In this document: positions 1 through 9,531 of the stretch, in pieces
How the letters are laid out: each line of letters begins with the position of its first letter
Numbering within the stretch: position 1 is the first letter of the stretch
Virus record (IMG/VR): IMGVR_UViG_3300049015_000032
Coordinates: 1-53,067 of that record
Strand: one strand, 5' to 3'
DNA length: 53,067 nucleotides
Source: a virus
Taxonomy: Duplodnaviria > Caudoviricetes
Notes under the pieces: model-generated
The model's database searches: none
Told to the model about the DNA's origin: nothing
What the model saw: the letters and a program-made list of their open reading frames with translations, nothing else
Made by a program: the position numbers and the translations under genes

Positions 1-19
1 GCGCTCAACAGCCAGCTGG

Positions 20-145
20 TCGGCCTGCGGAATGATCGTCTCCTCGTACAGGCTGATGCGCTGCTCGGGGGCGCTCTGATAATTGGCATCATCCCAGGCG
101 CCCGCGACCGACAGCGGCACGCCGAAGCCCGCGCAAATCTCGCGC
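20..145. repeat. 126-bp terminal direct repeat, left copy (assembly overlap of a circular genome)
   Basis: 20-145 is identical to 52942-53067, and the portal reading frame continues in phase across the join. Confidence 0.95.
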
Positions 146-1062
146 CGGATCGAGCCGCGCATCTCGACGTCATCCTTGAGGACGGCGCGCTCCAGCATCT
201 GCACGCTCTTAATCTGCGTCGGCAGAATCACGGGCTTGTTGGTATTCAGCGAGCCCTGGAAATTGGCCTTCCAGTAATCAATAAACGTCTGCGACTGCTC
301 AATCCCCAACTCTGTTTCTGGGATAAACATAATGCCAGGCCGCGCGTCGTTGGCGAAGTGCGCCTGGGCCGCGCGCGCGATCTCCTCGTGCACATTCGCC
401 TCGGCCAGCACCGCCAGAATTTTGCTGCTGCCGCGCAGGTCATCGAAGGCGTTCTCGGTGTAGATGTACGCCAGTTCATTGGCAGGCCACCAGTACGCCT
501 TGCCCCCATGCAGCGGGTTGTAGGAAATCTGATCAATGAAGCCGTTGACGATCGTGAGATTGACGCTGAGGTTATTGAGCCACCAGACATCGCTGTAATA
601 GCCATACTCGTTTTTGAGCGGCTTGAGGTACAGCTCGCCCCAGATATCGAGCGCCCGCTCGGCGCGCTGGAAGAAGTGCCGCGAGCGCTGCATGGCAATG
701 GTCAGCGGGTGATCCTCAAGCTGTTTGCCCGCCTTCTCGTCTTCCACAAACCACTTCAGGCGCTTGATATTGCTGGCGCGAATCTCGACGCAGCGCCGCA
801 CCCAGACATTGATCTCGCTGATGTAGGCATAGCCGAGCTCGCTGGGCGTGGCGCTGCCACTGCGCGTCATGCTCTGGTTGAGCGCGTTGTACTCGCCATC
901 CCAGTTGCCACTCATCATCGACTTCATGGTGATGGGGCGCACGCGGCCCGAGGGCTCAAAATACAGCGCGATGGGCTGGTTGGGATCGCCCTGCGTGCGC
1001 AGGACGGAGCGCGGCGCAAACATCTGACTGAGTCGGGTTCGGAAGCTGTTAATGTTCAACAC
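20..1062 (-). CDS. Portal protein, N-terminal 314 aa (continues across the circular join into 51015-53067); missing from the ORF track
   Basis: Manual translation from GTG 1062 (AGGG RBS): MLNINSFRTRLSQMF...WVRRCVEIRASNIKRLKW...HFANDARPGIMF...RREICAGFGVP, open with no stop; HK97-portal-like motifs; directly downstream of terL. Confidence 0.9.
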
Positions 1063-1106
1063 GCGGTTTCCCTGTCGGACCCTAGCTCGCGCTCTTTAGT
1101 CCTGCG

Positions 1107-2525
1107 TTATCTGATGAAAATCGGCATCGCCAGACGCCCTACATTAATTCCCGCATATGCCCCACTGAATGCATCAACCTGGTCATCATGTTCAGCTGAC
1201 GGGAACACAGCCAGTTCATCTAAGAGCGCCCTATTCCAGGCCCCACGCACCATCTTGACTTTGCCAGCATTGACGCGGCTGGCGATGGGCTGCGCGCGGG
1301 TAAATTTATCCCCCTCTGGCGCAGCAGTAGTCATGATATAGCCGTGCATCGACGGGTTACGCAGCAGGTAATCCAGCTGCACAATGCCTGCTTTTTCTGC
1401 TTCCAGAATGATGCGTGTGTGACGTCCGTCTATGGCCGCGGTCTGGACAATATCACGCTCGACATCGGGCATGATCTTCTGCGCGCGGTACATGTCGAGG
1501 ATAACCAGTGTTTCATCGTCGAGAATGCCAAGCTTCATGCCAGCGGTGTAATCAGAATGCTTCTTTGCTGTCACCGCGAGATCATAAAACCGCACCGTTC
1601 GCTTGCAGTCTGGCACATAGTCAATGACTTCAATTTGACTGGTGTCAAACAGGCGGCCCCCAGGCGGCAGTGGGGTTTGTTGATACAGGCTGGCAAAGGC
1701 GTACTCACCCATACGGGAGCGACGTTCTGTCAGAATGTCGACCGTGTAGCGCTCCGCCCACAGTGCCTCGCCGGGTTGCCTCCCGATGGGATCATTGCCA
1801 CCTGCAATGGCAGGAAGATTCAGAACACGCCACTGCTCATCCGATTCCAGCAGGTAACCTGCGAGATCATCGGTATGCCAGCGTGTCATCATCAGGATGA
1901 TTGCGCCGCCAGGCTCTTCAAGCCGTGTGAGCAGATCATTCTCAAACCAGTCTTTTGTCCGCTGGCGGTATGTCGGGCTTTCGGCCTCAGCGCGAGATTT
2001 AATCACATCATCGATCACAATGACGTTTGCCCCGTGACCTGTGACGCCCCCGCCAACGCCAGCCGCAATCAGTCCGCCACCATGCTCCGCAATATCCCAT
2101 TCATTGACCGATGCGGTATCCGTAGCCAATCTCACAGTGGGATAGGCCGCGCGGTAATCATCCGAGGCCACCAGGTTGCGCACGAAGCGACTGTTGCGAT
2201 ATGCCAGCGTTGCCCCATAGGAGGCCGCAATCAGACGCAGATGAGGAGCAATCGACAACAACCAGGCTGGGAACAAGTGAGAGACAGTCTTTGTTTTCCC
2301 GTGTCGAGGAGGGAGGAATATCATGACCCTCCCAATGCCCTCTTTTCCACCAGAGAGCACGTATCGCGCCACCTGTTCCATCAGGTCATCCATCGCTTGA
2401 TGATAAGGCGTGTGAATGTATGCCTTCCAGAACTGACGCTTGAAGCGCGTAAACCCCAATGATGTGACTGGGACGGACCTGTCCTCTGTTACGAACGCGA
2501 GTTCATCGTGCAGCTTCTGGAGCAT
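1107..2525 (-). CDS. terL: Terminase large subunit
   Basis: Walker A PPRHGKT, Walker B VIVIDD, coupling motif MTRWH, nuclease motifs YDLA and HDDQVDA; start chosen at MLQKLH (the ORF extends to 2576). Confidence 0.95.
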   Translation of the reverse strand: MLQKLHDELAFVTEDRSVPVTSLGFTRFKRQFWKAYIHTPYHQAMDDLMEQVARYVLSGGKEGIGRVMIFLPPRHGKTKTVSHLFPAWLLSIAPHLRLIAASYGATLAYRNSRFVRNLVASDDYRAAYPTVRLATDTASVNEWDIAEHGGGLIAAGVGGGVTGHGANVIVIDDVIKSRAEAESPTYRQRTKDWFENDLLTRLEEPGGAIILMMTRWHTDDLAGYLLESDEQWRVLNLPAIAGGNDPIGRQPGEALWAERYTVDILTERRSRMGEYAFASLYQQTPLPPGGRLFDTSQIEVIDYVPDCKRTVRFYDLAVTAKKHSDYTAGMKLGILDDETLVILDMYRAQKIMPDVERDIVQTAAIDGRHTRIILEAEKAGIVQLDYLLRNPSMHGYIMTTAAPEGDKFTRAQPIASRVNAGKVKMVRGAWNRALLDELAVFPSAEHDDQVDAFSGAYAGINVGRLAMPIFIR

Positions 2526-3195
2526 TAAGGAGGAGACTGATGTCCTGCTGGATGGTGGAAAGAGTGCTTGGGTCATGGATTCGCGTCTTTAAAATACCTG
2601 CAATCGCGCCGATGAGAAGCATGGCGCGTTCCACACTGATCGCCTGTTCGCCCGCCAGCGTAATCTTCTGTTCGGTTTCGACCAGTTTGCGCCGCTGCTC
2701 GAGCTTGCTGCGAATTTCTGCAACGGAGGCGTAATGCAGCACGCGCTTGTCAATCACATCGCGCATCTCACGCAGGGCTTTGCGGCATCCAGCATAGTCT
2801 TCTTTGTCGAAGCCAAGTTCGAGACCATCCACCGACTTGCGCATCATCGCCCAGGCGTCAGCGCTTTCGCCTGTTTCGAGGTTGTCGAAATCGTCCTTCA
2901 TCAACGTATCGATCAGGCGAATATCGGCGCGAACGCTTAAGAGTTCGGAATCATGTTCGCTCTCCGCGAAGCGAGACGCGAGACGTGTGGGGAGATCTTT
3001 CGACCAGCGACCGGTCTTGATGTGCGGACTGGCCAGCCCTGCGGGCGTCTTGCCCCCATGCATCCGGCAGCGGCCATTAGGCATCGCCGCATTCTTGCAG
3101 GGGTGACCACCGCGTGTTTTGGCTCCACAGAGTGGAGCAGTGTGATTGAGAGGCACGAGGGTTAGTCCTGTTGCATGGGGTTTATTCCTTTGCAT
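2503..3195 (-). CDS. HGGxSTG-motif protein, probable terminase small subunit
   Basis: CGAKTRGGHPCKNAAMPNGRCRMHGGKTP motif; overlaps the terL start. Confidence 0.75.
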   Translation of the reverse strand: MQRNKPHATGLTLVPLNHTAPLCGAKTRGGHPCKNAAMPNGRCRMHGGKTPAGLASPHIKTGRWSKDLPTRLASRFAESEHDSELLSVRADIRLIDTLMKDDFDNLETGESADAWAMMRKSVDGLELGFDKEDYAGCRKALREMRDVIDKRVLHYASVAEIRSKLEQRRKLVETEQKITLAGEQAISVERAMLLIGAIAGILKTRIHDPSTLSTIQQDISLLLNAPEAAR

Positions 3196-3365
3196 GGAGA
3201 TAACAGCCGCCCCATCAGAATCAAAATCGCCCCGGTGAGGGGCGGGGGCGATTGTCTGTAGGAGGACCATCAGATGTTACGCGTCGCTATATAGGACAGC
3301 TTACGCCCTATTCATCCCAAGTTTATCACAATTGTTGTCAACTCGTGATTAATTCACCTCACAAG

Positions 3366-3770
3366 TCATGACCGGATGGCAAGGCCGAAAAAGTTAAATG
3401 ACACAGTGGGTTTGCTGCCACCCCATTTTCGCATTGCCGCACGATAGTTGATGCAGCAATCCTGGAGCCCGTTCCGATTTCGCCGATTCTTATGGAAGCA
3501 ATCGACATGGTGATAGACACGGCATCCTGTGCACCAGGCTTCATCCGGACGCACGGAGTACGGAACATACTCTTTGGTTCGTCGCTTGGGCAGGGGCAGA
3601 AATTGATCCGCTCCCGGGTTATAGCCGTGATCCATCGCGTGCTCTTCGGCAGGACGCTGGATTTGCGGCTCCTCATGCAGAAGGATCATGTCGGGTGCGC
3701 CCTTCACAAACGCGCGCCGATCCTTAAAGGCGCTGTCGTTCGGGAGTCTTAAGAACGTTTGAACTTCCAT
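3366..3770 (-). CDS. Hypothetical protein with C-terminal Zn-ribbon-like motif
   Basis: WCTGC...FHKNRRNRNGLQDCC; just upstream of the terS-like gene. Confidence 0.55.
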   Translation of the reverse strand: MEVQTFLRLPNDSAFKDRRAFVKGAPDMILLHEEPQIQRPAEEHAMDHGYNPGADQFLPLPKRRTKEYVPYSVRPDEAWCTGCRVYHHVDCFHKNRRNRNGLQDCCINYRAAMRKWGGSKPTVSFNFFGLAIRS

Positions 3771-3911
3771 CCGGCTCTCTATCCCACCTTTTAGCTTTCA
3801 TTAATTTTAATTCATAACCCCAGCGATAGAACACCTGTATTTCAAATCAAACGCAAAACGCGCCTTATTCAGACGCGTTTCCGACGATGGAGAGAGGCGA
3901 CGCGGAGGATC

Positions 3912-4817
3912 TCAGACGGGGGTCTCTCGCGCGCGCAGCCGCGCAAAGTGGATATCCACCAGGCGCGCCAGATCTGATTTACGCTTCATCCAGTGATCGA
4001 GTTTGGCCTCCAGCTGATCAAGCAGGCGCTGGCCGTCCGCGACTTCGTAGAGCAGGTCGAAGAGCGTTTTCTCCTCGTGGCACTCCACGCGGATGTTTAC
4101 TTCCATTGAACTGGTCTCCACAGCTGGGGAGCTGCTCGGACAGGGCGGATTGATATAGTAGCCCGGCTCGACTCTCAGCAGCGTCACGCGAATCACGCGC
4201 ACATCGGCGCTTTCTTCCACCTCATGCAGCCCAAAGACAAGGCGTCCTGTTTCGTCCAGAAGCCTGTGGTAGACCCCACCCCCTGTTTCGCCACGCCGCC
4301 GCACGCGGGCCAGGCGCTCTTCAGTCTTGAGCCGTTTCGCCTGCTCCTCGGGCAGGGCATCGATGCGCTTGCGCGCGCTCATGACAACCGCATCGAAATA
4401 GGCCCGCGCATCCGTCACGCCGATCGTCTTTCCGTGCATCTCAAGCAGGGCTGACAAGACGGTTCGGCCATCCGGCAAAGGCGTTATCAGCACATAGGGC
4501 AGCGTCCACCGCGCAGGGCCCCATGTGAGGCTGGCTTGTATGGTTTCCGCCTGAGACAGAGTCACTCGTTCATCGTCGAATGACCCGACCATTGACATCA
4601 GATCGGATACGCCAGCGGACCAGGTGATGCGCTTCGTGACATGGATCACCCAGCCCCGGAAGGCGTGGGGGTCGATGCCCTCGTACCCTCTCCACTCATG
4701 CGGCGCTTCGTGATCCATCCAACCAAGTCGCAGCGCATAGCGATCAGGCGGGAGATGCAGGCCGAGCAGGACAGCTGCTTGCCCCCGGTAAGGGATAATC
4801 GCCTGTTCCATATCCAT
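3912..4817 (-). CDS. Hypothetical protein; C-terminal domain paralogous to 4819-5217
   Basis: Start MDMEQAII directly after the upstream stop; shared TLxDLL...RLxDxLE...LD...S..AxL...HFA motif. Confidence 0.7.
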   Translation of the reverse strand: MDMEQAIIPYRGQAAVLLGLHLPPDRYALRLGWMDHEAPHEWRGYEGIDPHAFRGWVIHVTKRITWSAGVSDLMSMVGSFDDERVTLSQAETIQASLTWGPARWTLPYVLITPLPDGRTVLSALLEMHGKTIGVTDARAYFDAVVMSARKRIDALPEEQAKRLKTEERLARVRRRGETGGGVYHRLLDETGRLVFGLHEVEESADVRVIRVTLLRVEPGYYINPPCPSSSPAVETSSMEVNIRVECHEEKTLFDLLYEVADGQRLLDQLEAKLDHWMKRKSDLARLVDIHFARLRARETPV

Positions 4818-4818
4818 C

Positions 4819-5217
4819 TCACGGCTCTTTCGCTGAACTGGAGGGGGGCGCGAAGTGCGCTTCGGCCAGCTGCGCGAAGTGGGACGGGCGACCGAGCGCC
4901 TCATCAAGTGCGACCTCAAGCGCATCGACCAGGCGCGGCTGATCCGGAACGCCAAAGAGCAGATCGCGCAGTGTCCAGTGTTCGGGTTGATCAAAGGATG
5001 CAATGAGCCCTTTGTAGTCAAAGCTGTCATAGACCAGGATAGACGGGAACCAGCGCTCTCGATGGTCGCTGTAGTCGGGGCGGGGCGTCGCGACCGGGTA
5101 GGAATCTGCGAGCAGCTGCGAACGCACTTCGACGACGTGGCGCTGATACTTCTGATCAAACACGTGGGATATCTTAAAGACGACGCGCTGGTCGTCGCGG
5201 ATGTATTCTGTGTCCAT
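4819..5217 (-). CDS. Hypothetical protein
   Basis: 132-aa ORF with GGAGG RBS, in operon. Confidence 0.7.
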   Translation of the reverse strand: MDTEYIRDDQRVVFKISHVFDQKYQRHVVEVRSQLLADSYPVATPRPDYSDHRERWFPSILVYDSFDYKGLIASFDQPEHWTLRDLLFGVPDQPRLVDALEVALDEALGRPSHFAQLAEAHFAPPSSSAKEP

Positions 5218-5314
5218 TGGTCATGCCTCCGGTCTTACGCTCTATTGCCAAAAATCGAGCAAAATTATGTCAGGCCTCATCTGAGAAGAGAGGCCTGTTG
5301 AAATGATGCTTATT

Positions 5315-5530
5315 TCAAGCGTCTTTGTTGGAGGGATTGATCGGTATTGATGCAGTCCCATATCTCACGCGATATGGCTTACCGTCGCGATCAGCCCAGT
5401 ATTGAGCCTCCTCCTTCACGAGATCCAGATGCGCAAAATCGCTAGGTGGCAGGCGGCTCAATGCGATGCTCACCCACTCGCCATCCGCATTCTGTTTTTC
5501 AATGTGATACTTCTCAGTCCGTTCGTCCAT
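5315..5530 (-). CDS. Small hypothetical protein
   Basis: ORF with AAGGA RBS, co-oriented with neighbours. Confidence 0.6.
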   Translation of the reverse strand: MDERTEKYHIEKQNADGEWVSIALSRLPPSDFAHLDLVKEEAQYWADRDGKPYRVRYGTASIPINPSNKDA

Positions 5531-5599
5531 CGTTCAATCCTTCTGCTAATGTGGGCTAATTTTAGTGCATGTCGGCAGAATGCCCTTTTCATCAAGCGT

Positions 5600-5884
5600 C
5601 TATTCGTTATCTTCGCGGGGTGTAAACGTGCCTACAAGATTTGTCAGATTCTTGAGAGCAGGTGACAGGTGATTGATCGATTCGCCCGTTTCCCCTTTAA
5701 GCCAGTCTAGCCATGCACGCCCCACAATCTCCGGCACACGCTCAGGATCAATGGTGCGAATATGTTCAAGGATGCGCCCATATGCCACGTGCATTTCAAC
5801 GAAATCCTCGTCAGAGTAGGCCGCTGCCCATGCCTCCATGAGTTCGATATGCTTCTCGCTCCACTCAGGCGTAATTCCTCTCAC
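5600..5884 (-). CDS. Hypothetical protein
   Basis: GTGA overlap with the upstream gene. Confidence 0.6.
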   Translation of the reverse strand: MRGITPEWSEKHIELMEAWAAAYSDEDFVEMHVAYGRILEHIRTIDPERVPEIVGRAWLDWLKGETGESINHLSPALKNLTNLVGTFTPREDNE

Positions 5885-6147
5885 GATTGCCCCTCTTTCA
5901 ACGTCTCAATCAATTGACGAACCTCTAGCAGCTTCTGGGTGATTTGCAGTTGCATGCGTGCGCTCTCGCGTCGACCACTGTGCAGCGTATCGCGGTATTC
6001 AGTCGGATCAAGAATCGGGCCGATGGCATCGTACATGCTGTTATTTTTGCTGATGCTGGACACGTATTCTTCAAGGTCGGCAACCTCAATCATGTGCAGC
6101 ATCTGGATTGCTTGTCTGAGCATCATCTCAATGAATTCTTGTTCCAT
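5881..6147 (-). CDS. Hypothetical protein
   Basis: ORF with GAGG RBS. Confidence 0.6.
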   Translation of the reverse strand: MEQEFIEMMLRQAIQMLHMIEVADLEEYVSSISKNNSMYDAIGPILDPTEYRDTLHSGRRESARMQLQITQKLLEVRQLIETLKEGQS

Positions 6148-6195
6148 TTCAATCCTCTTTTCTATCGAATAGTCGAAGTACAGGCATAATCCCGA

Positions 6196-6717
6196 TTATG
6201 GCTGGACTGATTCGGCGGCTTCAAGTTGGCCTACAACATCATCAGGCAGTGTCCACAAACCCTGTTGCCCGCGATACGGCATAGGCGTTTTGAGCATTCG
6301 CACGTTCTCTAAGCGCCATGCCCAACGTCCATGCCCAAAGTCCCCAAACTGTCTCACGCGGCCTGTAAGGGACTGGTGTATCAAGTGCGCCTGATACATC
6401 CCGGTCAATTCAGCAGTGCAGACAATCGCGCCAAAAGGCAGTTGACCCAAATTCCAAGAGGCCAGCCCTTCACGTTCTTTCCAAAGTTTGAAGGCGTCAT
6501 AGGCGGCGCGAGTAAAGCCTGAATCTTCTGGGAACAGTTCGGGCTTGGCTTTGAGAACAGCAATCCGATCATTCAACGCCTTCGTCTCATTCTGAGTTTT
6601 TGAGGCGTGAATGGCGATTGGTCCAGTATAAGGTGTATACCAGGAACGGGTCTCATATGTCTTCTCACCAATCGCAATCAGCGAGGCATGTGGTTGCCAG
6701 AGAGATATACATTTCAT
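6196..6717 (-). CDS. ASCH domain protein
   Basis: MKCISLWQPHASLIAIGEKTYETRSW...IAIHAS...GAIV...W.L..VR...P.RGQQGLW, a typical ASCH signature. Confidence 0.9.
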   Translation of the reverse strand: MKCISLWQPHASLIAIGEKTYETRSWYTPYTGPIAIHASKTQNETKALNDRIAVLKAKPELFPEDSGFTRAAYDAFKLWKEREGLASWNLGQLPFGAIVCTAELTGMYQAHLIHQSLTGRVRQFGDFGHGRWAWRLENVRMLKTPMPYRGQQGLWTLPDDVVGQLEAAESVQP

Positions 6718-6763
6718 GGTTAAATCCTCAGTGTCGGTAGAATGGCGGTTGTCACCGGACTGA

Positions 6764-7162
6764 TTACCAGGCAATCTTGCCCGTGTTGAATTGATCCGGG
6801 CCGCTCACTGGATAGCCAAAGGCGTCCTGCTTTTTAATGTCTGAGAGAACCTCAGTCAGGCGCTGGCGGTCTGCCTTCATGCGGTCTTTGTATTCCCGAT
6901 GTTCGCGGATTGTCTCGCGTTCCGCTTCCATCTCAGCCTCAGTCAGGCGCATCTCTCCAGATGCACCAAAGTCTTCACAGCGCCCCTTGTCTGTTTTGGC
7001 GACGCTGATTTGCGTTCCCTTTGCCTTGCACAGATGCCATGCGCGGTCACGAGGATCTTCGCGAGTGCTGGCGTGCTGGAAGAACACGCAGCCAGGGCAA
7101 AGGTTCAATTTCATGCGGGTATAGGGCGCATTGTTGAGTTTCGCCCAACCTTGATTAGCCAT
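6764..7162 (-). CDS. Hypothetical Cys-containing protein
   Basis: CPGC...C...C motif; AAGGA RBS. Confidence 0.6.
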   Translation of the reverse strand: MANQGWAKLNNAPYTRMKLNLCPGCVFFQHASTREDPRDRAWHLCKAKGTQISVAKTDKGRCEDFGASGEMRLTEAEMEAERETIREHREYKDRMKADRQRLTEVLSDIKKQDAFGYPVSGPDQFNTGKIAW

Positions 7163-7204
7163 GTTGTTTAGTCCTTTTTGTCAGTGTCGGCATAATGCCC
7201 CTTA

Positions 7205-7594
7205 TCAGAAGCCCGGCAGTCGCAGCCGCCTGTCAGCTTTAGGCGCGGGTTTGTCGTCATCGTCCGCATCGAAATCGCCTTCATCATCAGGCGAACCAAC
7301 CCCATCACGAGCGTGTAACTGCCACGTGGTCAAACCGAGTTTCCCGTAAAACCACTCTTGCCACTCTATCGCGTAAGGGTACTTGTCAGGCTCACGGGCC
7401 ATAACATCGATAATGGCGCACGCTGGAGACATCCACACGGTTTGACCATCAAAGCGGCCCCGTTCGCCATAGTCGATAGCAAACGAAAACTGATCGGATT
7501 TTTTGCCTCTGATACGGGCGTCATAGCCAGCATCCACAATCGGACCGTAGTAGGTCATCTTGCCTACGAAGTCTTCTTTTTTCAGATCGCGCAT
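7205..7594 (-). CDS. Hypothetical protein with acidic tail
   Basis: ORF with GAGG RBS. Confidence 0.6.
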   Translation of the reverse strand: MRDLKKEDFVGKMTYYGPIVDAGYDARIRGKKSDQFSFAIDYGERGRFDGQTVWMSPACAIIDVMAREPDKYPYAIEWQEWFYGKLGLTTWQLHARDGVGSPDDEGDFDADDDDKPAPKADRRLRLPGF

Positions 7595-7637
7595 GGTCTT
7601 TAACCTCTCGCTTTGCGCAATGTCATTCTCAGCAAGC

Positions 7638-7736
7638 TTAAAATCGTCCGTCCATCACGAGTACGCAGGCGATGATGGCCAGGATCAGCAGCAGCGCGAG
7701 CAATCCTTCATAGAGTCGCGACCGCTTGCGCTTCAT
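7638..7736 (-). CDS. 32-aa single-TM small protein (not in the ORF track)
   Basis: MKRKRSRLYEGLLALLLILAIIACVLVMDGRF; ATGA overlap with the upstream stop. Confidence 0.5.
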   Translation of the reverse strand: MKRKRSRLYEGLLALLLILAIIACVLVMDGRF

Positions 7737-8143
7737 TTAAACCAGCCAATGGGAAGCGGCTCCGGCATGATCCACAGGTGGCGCATATTGGCCACGTTGA
7801 CAATCTGGCTATCCTGCGGATAGATTTCGACCGCCCACCATTCGCCATAGCCGCACTGCCGCTTAATCTCTTGCAGTTCGTCCCATGTCAGACCGTCCTG
7901 CCAGCGGCCGTTCGTGCCGAGCTTGACTCGACAAATGGACAGGCGCTTCAATTCTGGGTATTTGGCGGTATATTCCTCGAAGACCTGCGCCAGGTACTTG
8001 CTGGACTGAAAGACCAGCACGGGATCATGAGCGGTGTGTGGCAAGGCATCGGCTGGCAGAAGCGTGAGAACATCGGGCAGCTTCTGATCTTTGATATAGG
8101 CGTGCTGCTCAACCTGCATAGCGCGGCGTTGTTTGCGATTCAT
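7733..8143 (-). CDS. Conserved phage protein (DUF7694-like)
   Basis: LSI.R...TWDELQEIK...G.....AVEIYP....VNVANMRHLW motif common in phage early regions. Confidence 0.7.
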   Translation of the reverse strand: MNRKQRRAMQVEQHAYIKDQKLPDVLTLLPADALPHTAHDPVLVFQSSKYLAQVFEEYTAKYPELKRLSICRVKLGTNGRWQDGLTWDELQEIKRQCGYGEWWAVEIYPQDSQIVNVANMRHLWIMPEPLPIGWFK

Positions 8144-8191
8144 CGTGATCCTTTCTTTGACTGGGGACAGCCCGAAGACTGTCCCCATGCC

Positions 8192-9262
8192 CTATCCAAA
8201 CGTCATATATTTGTCCATCGCTCGATCATGAAAGTTGGGCTTGAGGCCGATATACGCCAGCGTCACAGCGGCCAGTTTATGGCGCAGCAGCAGCTGAATA
8301 TCCGGGAGCGGCATGCCTGCGTCATAGGCCAGCGCTGCCGCCGTGCGCCGTGTGTCATGCACAGCGATGGTCTTGCCAAGCGCCGCATAGGTGCGCTTGG
8401 CAACAACATCGCGGATGGCCTGGTGACTGATGCCTTTGGCCGGGGTGTAGCGCGAGATCGCCAGATAAAAGCGATCTCGATGACGCGGCTGCCAGACAGC
8501 GGTCGACGTCTCAATGCGGCGCGGATCTTCATCAGACAGCCCCGCATTGAAGGCCTCGGTATACGCCAGCACGTCCCGGTAAGCCGTCCCACTCAGAGGA
8601 ACAGGGTCAACGTTGTTGCGTTTGCCGCGCACACGAATGATATAGCGATCCGAGCCAATGGGCGTGATAGCGGCGAGGCTGATGCGTGCCAGTTCTGCCA
8701 GGCGCAGGCCTGTTGAGAAGGCCACATGCAAAAGCGCGTAATCTCTTAAGCCGTTGATGGTGGCGCGATCAATCGCTTGCAGCACCGTGTTAACCTCAGT
8801 CAGCGTCAGACGATTAAATTCCGCACGCCACAGGGGAGGAATATTGCTGACGACCTCAGGGCGGGGGACAGGCATTGTCGCCGCCTGCCGAATCTGATCC
8901 CGACAATCCGCAACAAACTCGCGCGTGGTCCCTCTTAACCCCGTGATCGGCTGATAAGACAGGGCGCGTAGGTAGTGCCGCACGCTGGCCAGATACCGGG
9001 AATAAATGGTGCTGCTTTTCAGGCCGCGCATCACCAGGTGCGCCACATAAACACGCATCAGATCTGGCGTGGGGAGCGCATCCCCAGCCCACTGCATGAA
9101 GTATTTCAAGCCTGCCGTGTAGACAGTGGACGTGTGACCCTCCTCGGTGCGGCTACTGGGCAGACTGGCGATGTGCGCGTAGACTGCGTTCACGGCAGCG
9201 CGTGGGTCGAAGTAGTCCGACCAGACCAGCGTACTGGGGGCGACAAGCTGAATCTCCATCAT
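8192..9262 (-). CDS. Tyrosine recombinase/integrase
   Basis: RDYALL...TGLRLAEL, RGKR, HDTRR, LLRH, TLAY: complete R-K-H-R-H-Y catalytic set. Confidence 0.93.
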   Translation of the reverse strand: MMEIQLVAPSTLVWSDYFDPRAAVNAVYAHIASLPSSRTEEGHTSTVYTAGLKYFMQWAGDALPTPDLMRVYVAHLVMRGLKSSTIYSRYLASVRHYLRALSYQPITGLRGTTREFVADCRDQIRQAATMPVPRPEVVSNIPPLWRAEFNRLTLTEVNTVLQAIDRATINGLRDYALLHVAFSTGLRLAELARISLAAITPIGSDRYIIRVRGKRNNVDPVPLSGTAYRDVLAYTEAFNAGLSDEDPRRIETSTAVWQPRHRDRFYLAISRYTPAKGISHQAIRDVVAKRTYAALGKTIAVHDTRRTAAALAYDAGMPLPDIQLLLRHKLAAVTLAYIGLKPNFHDRAMDKYMTFG

Positions 9263-9531
9263 GATCGTGTATGCCCCTCGCGCCATTTGCGATCCGATTG
9301 CAGATGATCGGTTTTAGAGATTGGGTAGGGATCGTAAAGCGCCGAGTCCATCCCGCCGGGCAGTCGCTCCGCGCTCTCCAGTTCGTCCCTCTGTGTCCAT
9401 CCAGTGTCTGGATGCGGTGCAGCATCCCACCAGACAATGCACATCACGACCCCATTGACTGTTTCTTGGTGCTGGATATCCCCTGCGATATGCGTTCCCT
9501 TGAGGCGGACACGGTGTCCGAGCTTATTCAT
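9259..9531 (-). CDS. Small hypothetical protein (possibly SH3/KOW-like)
   Basis: MNKLGHRVRLKG...G.I......V.WD; overlaps both neighbours. Confidence 0.55.
   Translation of the reverse strand: MNKLGHRVRLKGTHIAGDIQHQETVNGVVMCIVWWDAAPHPDTGWTQRDELESAERLPGGMDSALYDPYPISKTDHLQSDRKWREGHTRS

Noticed and set aside
358-2462. Long + strand ORFs (358-1341, 1344-2462) and similar ones opposite late genes, such as 32981-34225, 34489-35937 and 48664-49809
   Set aside because: They are antisense shadows of well-supported minus-strand genes in GC-rich DNA and have no motifs
3366-3770. Packaging HNH nuclease upstream of the terminase
   Set aside because: Only a Zn-ribbon-like motif is present, with no HNH catalytic motif
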